Positions 13,001 to 25,600 of a stretch of 64,000 bases of DNA are shown in pieces. The position numbers and the translations under genes are program-made. Each line of letters starts with the position of its first letter. Position 1 is the first letter of the stretch. Source of the stretch: Octopus vulgaris (Eukaryota). The notes below the pieces were generated by a model. It searched no databases and had not been told where the DNA came from. It saw only the letters and a program-made list of their open reading frames with translations. The stretch is from positions 27,156,001 through 27,220,000 of the forward strand of contig OX597816.1 in NCBI GenBank assembly GCA_951406725.2, read 5' to 3'.

Positions 13001-16000
13001 CTAAAAAATGTTAAACTTCGTATACTGGTAGAATGTGTTTATAAAACATCTTTTTCTCTTGGCTTTATTGAGAAAATTCTATAGTTTGTAAGATATTTGT
13101 TGTTTTTCTTCTTCAATTTCTGCAATTTCAACCAATCAATGACCGTCTGTTGCGGTGAAAACATTCTGTGCCGTATGAATATGTCCCTCGTTTAAGAAAC
13201 AGATTGGGTTTATTTACATTTGTGAAGAAAAAAGATACCCTTACCCCCACTCCTAACCCTAACCCCAAAACAGATTGAAATGCAATAGATCGATACTAGG
13301 GTCATAATTATGGGTGACAATTTCATATGACACCGCTAGAAAAAACTGCCGTTCAAACCGAAAAGATCCAATATCATTTGTCCCCACTATGGTGGTTACC
13401 TGTATGTGAAAGGCTTCATGTAATATTGACTGTTGCACAAAAACCTTCATTTGGGTGTAACATTTCCTGTGTGTTTAAGAAGTTGGCTGTGAGCTCATGT
13501 GGTTCCATGTACCATCCAATGATATGACACATTAGGCAAATGTCTTCTACATTAGCTTCAGGTCATTCCCAAATTTTGGGTGATAACTGAATTGACAGTA
13601 ACTGTATCTATTCTTTGGTGATAAACTTCATCTGTCACCCTGTTTATCATACTCTATTGAGTTCACTCTGTTGCAAGCAATCATTCTAGGTCCCTAGTCT
13701 GAGAACTTGCTCCCTACCAAGCTTTGTGATTCTACAAAATGATCTTTAACTGCTGCTCTTCCTATTTTGATTAATCTTTATTACCAGCATGGAATCAACT
13801 TGGATTTAATGACAGTACTAGCTTGATGGTTGGTGATGGATTCTTGTTGAAATACTAGAGCTGATTCCCATTGTACTCACCAAATTCTCAGAAGTGCTTG
13901 AACTCTGGTGCATCAGCTGATGAAGCAATCATTAATTAAGTAGTGCTCCCACTACTCTGAATGTTGAGCTGTACCTAACCACAGTACATGTTTAAAGCAG
14001 AGGCGCAATGGCCCAGTGGTTAGGGCAGCGGACTCGCAGTCATAGGTTCGCGGTTTTGATTCCCAGACCAGGCGTTGTGAGTGTTTATTGAGCGAAAACA
14101 CCTAAAGCTCCACGAGGCTCCGGCAGGGGGTGGTGGTGATCCCTGCTGTACTCTTTCACCACAACTTTCTCTCACTCTTACTTCCTGTTTCTGTTGTACC
14201 TGTATTTCATAGGGCCGGCCTTGTCACTCTCTGTGTCACGCTGAATCTCCTCGAGAACTACGTTAAGGGTACACGTGTCTGTGGAGTGCTCAGCCACTTA
14301 CACGTTAATTTCACGAGCAGGCTGTTCCGTTGATCGGATCAACCGGAACCCTCGTCGTCGTAACCAACGGAGTGCTTCCATCCACATGTTTAAAACTGAA
14401 TTAGCAGGACCATAGTTAAATACCTTGGCCATGAGCACAGTTCAGTGCTGGTGACTGGAAATGACTTCTTAACCTTTTGACTCACACCTTGTTGACTGTG
14501 AGTCTACAAGAAATATGTATTACTTATAAGATGATGATAATTTTTACTTTTCTCTTTGCAGCAATATGCCACAAATTTAGTGATGAAATTACAGATGTTT
14601 ATACAAGTAAGCTCTCCTTAATATTATTGTAGTTATAAATTTCCCATTGTGACATGTGGAAATGTTTATCTGTTAGAGGAATTAATAAGAGATGGGAAGT
14701 TTTCAATTAACCATTGAACTGTGAAACAGAGGTGGACCTTTTTTGTCATGTTCATAATTACAATTATTGCTATCATCATCATAGTTGTCATTTTTGGATC
14801 TTTTCCTTTTGAACGGCAGACAATTTCTAGTTAACTAAATACTTTAAAACTTTGTATACTGGTAGAATGTGTCAAAATAAAACATTTTTTCTCTTGGCTT
14901 TCTTGAGAAAATTGTAATTTGTTTATTTAACGTAGTTTAATTTTTTGAATTTTAACCAATCGATTACTCTCCATTGAGCTAAAATCATTTGCTGCGTCTA
15001 AAACTGAGACAACATCCTGTCACTAACCCTAAACCTCCCCCCAATCCTAAATTTTTTTTTCTTAATTGTTAAATTAATTTAATTGTTACTCGTGTAAAAA
15101 AAACTAAAGCAATGGAAAATAATTTAAACAATTAACAAGCAAAATAATTCTATAATTTTATACACACGCTTTCCGTACGTGACAGGATGTTGTCTCAGTT
15201 TTAGACGCAGCAAATGATTTTAGCTCAATGGAGGTAATCGATTGGTTAAAATTGCCGAAATGCTCGGATTTTCAGATGAAATATCTTACAAACTATAGAA
15301 TTTTCTCAATAAAACCAAGAGAAAATGATGTTTTATAAACACATTCTACCAGTATACGAAGGTTAAAACTTTTTAGATACCTAGAAATTATGTTACAAAC
15401 TGCCGTTCAAAAGGAAAAGATCCTCATTTTTATGCCCAATTTTTCCATGTTGGCATGGGTTACACAATTGCTTGAGATAGTATCCTGTAGTCAGATACCT
15501 CTCATGATGCCAACCCAATTACTATACATTACCTTAAAGGGTAATTTATAGTAATTGAAATGTAATAGTTCCAAGCACTTATCATCTGCTTGATTTCTTC
15601 TGAATCAGTGAATAAATTTCCAGTATAAATGCTAGTATTCATCATATAGACCTTTGAAAAATGAGAAGTAAAATCAGCCCCCGTGGCATTTGAATTTCAA
15701 CAAAGGCAGGTTTTCGTTTCAAAACTCGGTTGTTTTTACCAGTTTTTATGTCTTTTGTAATGTCCATGACAGTCAGACAAAGGATAAGAACCAAAGATGT
15801 TACATTCTCCGTTCTCATAATACCAATTGTGATTATCAAACCCTGTGTAGTCTCCTATGAGCTAAATGTTACAAAGACTATTAATCACTATTATAGATTT
15901 GGCTCTAACTTAAAGCCCATGGCGTATGATAGTGAAATACTCTCAAATAAAAGCATCTTTTTTTTTACTTTTACTTTTACTTGTTTCAGTCATTTGACTG

Positions 16001-19000
16001 CTGCCATGCTGGAGCACCGCCTTTAGTCGAGCAAATGGACCCCGGGACTTATTCTTTGTAAGCCCAGTACTTATTCTATCGGTCTCTTTTGCCGAACCGC
16101 TAAGTGACGGGTACGTAAACACACCAGCATCGGTTGTCAAGCAATGCTAGGGGGACAAACACAGATACACAAACACATACACACACACACATATATATAT
16201 ATACATATATACGACAGGCTTCTTTCAGTTTCCGTCTCCCAAATCCACTCACAAGGCATTGGTCGGCCCGGGGCTACAGCAGAAGACACTTGCCCAAGAT
16301 GCCACGCTCATGAAATTTAATTTCCCCAAGGAAATTAAACTCTGTGAATTCTCCTATAAACTTTATTGCTGACATACACTGTCACCAGCTTACTCATTAC
16401 AGATTTTATATTTTTGGGTAAAGAACACCAGTCTCTTGTAAAAGTAATTACATTTGATTGAATCAACTTTGATATATATTGCACTATGAGAACCTACACA
16501 GTTGCTTGATTTATTAAAAATTTAAAAAAACAGCCAAATCTCTCTCGGTTTCAATGCTACCATCTTAAAAAAGGAGACATTCAAGAATGGGATGGTCATA
16601 ACTGGAATGCTTTTAATCAAAGGTCTATTGAATCTGAGCTTATCTGGGGTTAAATAAGTACATATTTTGTTTCCCCTCTTCTCATCTTCTTGGTGTCTTA
16701 GTCTCCTATTATAATTCCAGTCACCTCTTTGATATATTATAAGAATGTATGTCTTATAGGAATATAGATGAACCCCAGTACTTAACTGGTATTTTCTTTT
16801 ATTGACCCCCCAAAAAATGGAAGTTGATCTCAGTGGAATTTGAACATAAAGAACTGTAACTAAATATCACAAGGTATTTTGTCAAAGGCGGCGAGCTGGC
16901 AGAATTGTTAGCACGCCGGGCAAAATGCTTAGCGGTATTTCATCTGCCGTTATGTTCTGAGTTCAAATTCCGCCGAGGTCGACTTTGTCTTTCATCCTTT
17001 CAGGGTTGATAAATTAAGTACCAGTTACGCACTGGGGTTGATGTAATCGACTTAATCCGTCTGTCTGTCCTGGTTTCTCCTCTCTGTGTTTAACCCCTTG
17101 TGGGTAGTAAAGAACTAGGTATTTTGTCCAATACTCTACCAATTCTGTCAATCTAAGTTAGAATCAATTTCAGTCATATTTGAACTCAGTGGAGAAAGAG
17201 GGATGGAAATAAATGCAGTAAGTGATTTAGCTTGTTGCTTTATATATTCCTCCATCTAGTCATTCATTCAACATCATTCACATTATTTATCCTCTATCCT
17301 CTTCAGAAACCTTTCCTCTTTCAATGATCCTGTTTAATGTAATTCTGTTAATCTCATTTCAGGAAGTCAATAATGTTATAGAAGACTCCAGCCAGCAAGC
17401 CTTACAGAATTTACCCAGGTCTCTCTCTCTCTCTCTCTCTGTCACACACACACACACACCTGCTAGAAATTGCTGCCAGATTTTACTTAAATAACACACT
17501 ACTGTTAATGTATGGTTTAAGAGAGATTTTGCTACTATTTCTAGCAAGTCAAGTCAGTCGCATAGTGCCTGCTATATAGACTTGACTTCACAGTCAAATG
17601 GTTCTCTACAGGAAGAGCATCATGCTATGAGAAACAGTTCCTCCAAAACTGGGTTAATCACTAAATCGGTGATAGTGTGAGTAAAATGGATTAATCTCTG
17701 ATGGTGAGAACCACAAGGTAGTGTCTATAATTTGCAGCAAAGGAAACATTACAAGAAGCTTAATTCAAAAAGTACTTGTTTCATCCTGTGCCACTATGCA
17801 TTCACATAAGATATACACTGACATATGTACTTATATCTATGATGGGTTTTGGTACAATTTCTGTCTCCCAAATTGTTCAATTTGAGTCTATGCTATGAAT
17901 CAATAGGATTGAATCTGGGTCAAGGATTACCAGAATCAGGAAAGCTTCTCTGGGCTTCTTGACAGGTTATTGATCTTTGTGAAATGGAAATCTCATTCCT
18001 AAGATGCTATTTGTTTCCAGCTCTCTGTGTAAACATGTCTGTTGTTTGGTAGACTGGGATATTATTGGCTTGTTTGGTAACAGATGGGGGTTGGTGTTAG
18101 GTAAGGCATTTGCCCCTACATATCTGATTCATGCAAGAATGGAAAAGTAAATGTTAAAATGAGGATTATGATGTTAGTCTGTCAGAGAAAACACCTTGTA
18201 TTTAGTTGGTTGTAAAGGAATCTTGCTTACTCTTTTACTCTTTTACTTGTTTCAGTCATTTGACTGCGGCCATGCTGGAGCACCGCCTTTAGTTGAGCAA
18301 ATCAACCCCGGGACTTATTCTTTGTAAGCCCAGTAGTTATTCTATTGGTCTCTTTTGCCAAACCACCTAAGTGACGGGGACGTAAACACACCAGCATCGG
18401 TTGTTAAGCAATGCTAGGGAGACACACACAAACATACATATATATATATATACATATATACGACGGGCTTCTTTCAGTTTCCGTCTACCAAATCCACTCA
18501 CAAGGCATTGGTCGGCCCGGGGCTATAGCAGAAGACACTTGCCCAGGATGCCACGCAGTGGGACTGAACCCGGAACCATGTGGTTGGTTAGCAAGCTACT
18601 TACCACACAGCCACTCCTACTACTATGTAGTAATTTTGTTTTACATTTTTTGACCAAGCAAGCCATGTCATAATTAAAGAGATTAATATATTAACTATTC
18701 AAAGTTAGCCTAAAAAGTGGTGATTGGATGGATACTTGCTTGGATATTTACTCAATTTTGATGCCAATTCTCACACTTAACATTATTCTAAAACATGGAG
18801 CAATAGAAAACTTTACAGCATTTAGGTCTATATTTAAGAGATGAGGAATTAGGTACATTATTTAAATTATTTACATTGTTTACATTTGACGGATATTTGT
18901 CCTCATCTTGTTCGTTGATAACACGTTTCGGCTGATATACCCTCCAGCCTTCTTCGGGTGTCTTGGGGAAATTTCAAACCTGGGTTCTCATTCCTAAGGT

Positions 19001-19009
19001 ATTTTTCAA

Positions 19010-19049
<40 letters not shown>

Positions 19050-20814
19050 GTTAATGTGCAGGTCACTACTTGGAATCGAACTCGGAATCTTGGGGTTAGT
19101 AGCCCGTGCAATAAACCACTACCCCATATGCCCATGGGCATATGGCATAGTGGTTAAGAGCATGGGCTACTAACCCCAAAATTCTGGGTTCGATTCCAAG
19201 TAGTGACCTGAACACTAACAATAATAATAATAATAACATTGAAAAATACCTTAGGAATGAGAACCCAGGTTCAAAATTTCCCCCAGGACACCTGCAGAAG
19301 GCTGGAGGGTATATCAGCCGACACGTTGCATTAACAACAAATAAGATGAGGACAAATATACGTCAAATGTAAATAATGTTTACAGCATTTAGTTTTATCC
19401 TTTTATGTTTTGAGTTCAAATCAGCCTTTTTTTTTATCCTTGATTTTTAATTCTTAGAGGTTAGAAAATAGTTTAAGTTATCTGAACTTGTCTTCCATTG
19501 CCACTGTTAGTGATCCTTAAACTAATACTTTTTTTTTTTTTACATTCCAATAAGGGTAATGAGAGAAATAGAAGCTGTTCGTCAAGAAGCAGCACTTCTT
19601 CAAGATCAAATGAGACTAGTCAAACAAGATATTCAAAAGGTAAATACATACCCCCACTCTCTCTAGCCACTAACATTCTTTATTTTCTCTCCTTGTTTCT
19701 TTCTGTCCTCCTTTCTGAGGAAGAGCGTTGGCTCGAAATGTTAAAGACTTTTTCACTTGCCGAGCGTTAAACTAATGCATCTGTTTGTTGTCTACACCAC
19801 CTGTCTTTATCCTTTGTTTTTTTTTGTGAATTTTCCCTATATATATATATCTTGCAAACAACTTGCACATGCAAGTGCTACCAGTCAAAAACTCCGGAAG
19901 CCAGCAAGTGTATGGGGTCATCAGGAGAGAATGCACACCGTTTCGGGGCCTACATCTCGATGGCATCAATGCGCACCCCCCCCCCCCTCACTGATATGAA
20001 CCCCCGATTGCTAGATCTGCTGGTTATCAAATAAAGCTCAATATCCTTCTAGCCATCACTCATCTTCTCTTTTTAACCAAATCCAGTGGCTAGCCTTCTC
20101 CACTGTAGATTGGATATCGGTCATGGTGGTATTGACTTTACGATGAGTTAAGCCTAGCGATAAATATCTATATATATATATATATTTGTGATAAAAGCTG
20201 TATTGGTATCGGATATCTCACAGATAGCTGAATCAGAACACATAGCAGCTGCTAATGTTTGTTGCATAAACTTACTTTGTGTGACCACCACCTTCCAATC
20301 TTGTATTATATTGTGGATGTATCCCCACCTGCTGTGAATTATGCTTTGTGAATTCACCACTTGCTAATTTATTATCTCGTGCACCTTCCCACCTGCTAAT
20401 CTACCATTATGTATTGTGTCAACACCTCCCACTTGCTAATTATTGTGACCAGACTAACAAACAGTAACATTTGCTAAACAAGTGGTATATTTTCTCAGAT
20501 ACATCACTTGGTTATAAGTGAGATATTTTATAGAATCAGTATTAGTAGGTATGAAAGAGAGAAGCTGAAATTTTGTATTGTATAGCACTTGTGAAATGTG
20601 TTCTTACTTTGCGTTTATATTTTAGGTTGAACAGGACACCTCTCAGTCCATGCAGACCCTCTTGAAACTTGATGGCATAAAATCTCGGATGAAAGCAACT
20701 TCTGATGCTCTCAAGGTAAAATGGATTTTACTAAAATCACAGAAAATCACATTCTGAGATTACTGTTTATGTTTGGAGTTAACTTTGATTTGTAAGTGTT
20801 TGAGTGTGTATGTG

Positions 20815-20848
<34 letters not shown>

Positions 20849-21626
20849 TGTGTGTGTGTGTATAATATATATGTATATATATAAAATACAAAATGGGACA
20901 AGAACGCAAAACATCCAGACAGTTAGGTGATACAAGAAAGGGACAACAAAACATCCAGATAGACGATACAAAGAAAACAAGGACGTTGGAGTTTTCTTTC
21001 CTCAGTTGAGTTCCAGATTATATTTGCAATTTCAGCTGGTTATACTCGAGATTGCTCCAATCTGGCCAGCCCCAAGGAAAAACTAAGCTAAAAGCATTAG
21101 ATTCCTTGAAGAAAATCAGCGAATGTATACGAAAACAAGGACGGAAAAAATGGTGAAAGTTACAGAAATACAAATACCAGGACATAACAACAGGTGTCTT
21201 TCGACTAAGGACGAATTAAATTAAGCTGGTGTGTGTGGAAGTAAAGCCTCATGGCAGGGATGCAAGATTTCACAGGCACAGGGAAGAATATAGATGTTGC
21301 ACGGACAATGGCTGAACCATGAAAGAAAGGTCAGGCTTGGCTGAACACCAGTCATGTGGGGAGAGAAGAGAGAAGTAGAAGCAGAGGGACAGAAGAAATA
21401 AGAAGGGGCAAGAAAAAATGACAGGGACACAGTGAGGTGAAAAGAGGAGGGAAAGTGAGCATGAAGAGAAGGCAATGAAATGTGAGAGACTGGGAATGAA
21501 AGAACGAAGAGTGGAATGAATGAAGTAAGCATGAAAGGGCTGATAGAAGGAAAGAATAAGAGAATAGAGTCGTACAAGATTTTGATAAATATATACTTAG
21601 ATATAAGAGACCAAAGTGTATGTAGG

Positions 21627-21714
<88 letters not shown>

Positions 21715-22570
21715 CAATAAAGGGTTTGGCAATGAATTGCCTTACCACATACCGAATTTAGAAATAGCAGTCAAAGAGTTATAGCTATTTCTTCTACTAA
21801 AAAGGGAGATCTCAGTAAAAACAGCAATTGGAAGGCAGACACAAAACAGGTAAGAGGGAATGAATTGACGGCAATCTATCATACAATTTTAAGTTATCTA
21901 CGGACGTACGTTTCGAAATCAAGTTTTTAGGAAAGCATAAGAATTAAATATTAAATAATTCTATCTTACCAAGAACTTCTTTTCTCTTCAGCGTAGAATA
22001 CTATAATCATAAATGATTATATATTGAATTTTGAGATACTAGAAGGCATCAACTCAACTCAGTATCAGAGCGAGCTAGAATCCGCAACTAGTATCACCAA
22101 ATTCAATGTGTGAATGAAAAGATTGTGTCACCAGCCCCTTCCCACTCGCGTGTAGCCAAAACAAGATGCTGTGGTCATCTACTGAGATAAAATATGGTTA
22201 TCCGTAATAATGAAGGGTGAAATTAATTAATTTGGAATAATTATCAATTACACCAAGTAGTCTTCGGCATGTAAAAGCCTCATTCGAGGAAAATTTAAGT
22301 AATACTAAGCAATAAAGGGTTTGGCAACGAATTGCCTTACCACATACCGGATTTAGAAATAGCAGTCAAAGAGTTATAGCTATTTCTTCTACTAAAAAGG
22401 GAGATCTCAGTAAAAACAGCAATTGGAAGGCAGACACAAACAGGTAAGAGGGAATGAATTGACGGCAATCTATCATACAATTTTAAGTTATCTACGGACG
22501 TACGTTTCGAAATCAAGTTTTTAGGAAAGCATAAGAATTAAATATTAAATATATATATATATATATATGT

Positions 22571-22606
<36 letters not shown>

Positions 22607-25600
22607 ACAGTTAGGTGATACGAGAAAGGGGCAATAAAACATCCAGATAGACGATACAAAGAAAATAAGGATGGGTCATTCGGAGTTTTCTTTCCTCAGT
22701 CGAGTTCCAGATTATCTTTGCAATTTCGGCTGACACAAACACACACACACCTTTTTAGTATAATATATGGATTCATAGAATTGTGTAGTTATCACAGAAA
22801 GCTCCTCTAGCGAACTCAGCTAGTAGGCTACATAATAATCCATTATGGAGGAGTATGAGGTAAAGTTCTATGCAGTTGTTTTCCAAAGTTTGATTTTTTT
22901 CAGCTAGATATATACTAGATGAACAATGGGATATATAAAAATAAAATAATATCAGTTACATGAAAATAATATGGTCAAATCATATTACTGTTATATAACA
23001 ACAGACTGTGCAATGAATGCAGTTCTATTTAGTTTTATTTTTGCCTTAGTCATTACTGTTGAATTATATTCTACTGCAGGAAGCTGACAATTGGACAACT
23101 CTTTCTGCAGATGTTGAAGAAGTTTTTCTATCTCAAGACATCCAGGCTGTAAGTCAATCTTTGAGTCTTTTTAAGATATCTGTTAGTCCACAAATGCAAC
23201 TTGAAATATATAGTTGTCTTTCAAAATAATGTTTCTAACAAGTATATATATATATATAACTGTAAAATTCAATTTTTTATTCATTAGATATTTGTTAATG
23301 ATTTATTTATTATTTATTAATATAATGATTTAATTAGAGAAAGAACTAAGACTTGGTGTAAATAGTGATATTTCAGTGTCATCCAAACACATAATCAATC
23401 TAAGTGACATTGAAATACACAGACTTTGAGTAGGAGTAAGGTTATATAATTAATCACGGCATTGATGTGTTGTTAGTGTTGTGGGCCATACAAAAAAAAC
23501 TTTTTAACTTAAAAGCAAACCTGTTGAGTATTTTCTTCAACTTTTTCTAGAAGAAATGTTTATTATTTGGATGAACAATAAGACCATAAGGTATGCACAT
23601 CAGCAGGGTAATGGTACCTTCATCACATCCGTGGAAATAAAGGCATGTCTCAGAATGCTTATGTGAAAATACCTATTTGTATTCAAGCTACATGGGCAAG
23701 GGAAAGTGACATGACTGCTAAAAATCAACAACACACTCTACTCAGAATTAAGTCTTTATATCAGTAAGTTAGCTATGTGTATAGCTAACATTGAAATATC
23801 CCTCTAATTCTTTTCTCCAAGAACAGGCTCTCTTTCTCTAATCAAATCATTACAGTGATATCACTGAATTCTAACTCCCCACTTGAGTTATTAACTGCCA
23901 CAATGCTTGGAATTACACACCAACAATCGTTATATCATATCTGTAAATTTCATACAAATTCATGAATATAGTTATATTATATTGATTGTCATACTGATCT
24001 AAACTGCATTTCATCAAGATCTCGAGTTTCTAATGAGAAGTTTTGATTTTGTGAAGATTTCACCAAAATGAAATATCGTGTCTCATGTTATTCATTTGTG
24101 GTGTGTATTTGAAAAGTAGAAAATTCCTAGATGTAAGGATTATTGTTGTAAAATCCTTGGTTAGGTTTTATTGAGTATGCTTATGGCCAAAAGTATTCTA
24201 ACCATGACCATCTTGTCTTTTATATGACAGTAAGATGTGGTTTGAGGGAGATTTGGTTGTTATTTCTAGCGACCACATAGCAGCCTCCTCATTAGATGTA
24301 GTGAACACAGTAATGATAGAATTGAAAGGTCAGATGTGATAGAATAAATTAGTGATAATGCAAAACTGAAAATATAATTAAATGGTGATTATTGCCTATT
24401 GATTTGAACACTGTAGCATTTAAACCAACCATATCGAGTCTGAATATTCTACCTGTTCTTATCTTCACATCTTCGAAATCTTGAAGCTACAAGATAATGC
24501 AGAATTAATTCAAAACAATGGAAATAAGCATGCATTACATTTGATCAAGTTATCTGAATGTTAAAGGATTAACTGAAATGATATTGTTGACAACTGTTTC
24601 ACACAGACTTGGATTTCTGGATTATGTTCTAATTATTTAATTACAGATAACAGCCAAACTTGTTGGGATGCAGCAGAGTTTGGTAAGAGGAATTTTTGTT
24701 TTTTAATGTTATTCAGCATTTTATTTATTAAGAGCTTTTTAAAAGTAAATGTTAGAGAAAAACAGTATTTTATTAAAATACACTTATATTTTAGAGAAAA
24801 CATAATTTGCTTTTTGCAAAAACACTATATATTTAATAGAAGATTTTATATTTCATAGAAAATCATATGCATTTTGTGTCAGTTTGATACTTTTAATGTG
24901 TGTGGGAACGCACGCATCATTATCATCATCATCATTTAACGTCCGTTTTCCATGCTAGCATGGGTTGGACGATTTTGACTGAGGGCTGACAACCAGATGG
25001 CTGCACCAGGCTCCAGTCTTGATCTGGCAGAATTTCTACAGCTGGATGCCCTTCCTAATGCCAACCACTCCGAGAGTGTAGTGGGTGCTTTTTACGTGCC
25101 ACCTGCACAGGGGCCAGTCAGGTGGTACTGGCAATGACCTCGCTTGAATCTTTTTACAGGTGCCAGTGAAGCGAGGTTGGTAACGATCATGCTCAAATGG
25201 TGCCCTTTTATGTGCCACGGGTACAGAAGCCAGTTGGCTGCTCTGGCAACGATCACGCTCGGATGTTGTTCTTGGCACCCTACTAGCACAGGTATAAGTG
25301 CCAGTAAGGTGACGCTGGTAACGATCATATTTGAATAGCCGCTCTGTCAACAATCGCACTCGTATGGTGCTCTTTGCACCCCGCTAGCACGGATGCCAGT
25401 CATCGATTTGATTTTGATTTCACTTGCCTCAACATTTATACATATATAAAATCGTTATAGTCCAAGTTCTTATTTGGACTGCATCGCATTCATGCATTTC
25501 AGTTTTGGCTTAGTTTCTATTGTTGGATGTCCTTCCTAACATCCACTTTACAAAGTGTACAGGATACATTTGTTCATAGCACTAACATTAGAGTGATTAC

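Noticed and set aside
13250-13266. Interstitial telomere (CCCTAA repeats)
   Set aside because: Only two or three units, always internal to MITEs
14000-14075. tRNA genes at SINE heads (also 11010-11084, 19143-19200, 26135)
   Set aside because: A and B boxes are present but no full cloverleaf, and each continues into a repeat body
19914-19950. Minus-strand CUGAUGA and GAAAC suggesting a permuted hammerhead
   Set aside because: Both would-be stem II arms are CCCC and cannot pair; stems I and III do not form
22672-22732. Minus-strand GAAA-UUGCAA and CUGAGGA in the outer repeat
   Set aside because: Order and pairing do not give a hammerhead fold; no UH with a closing stem I
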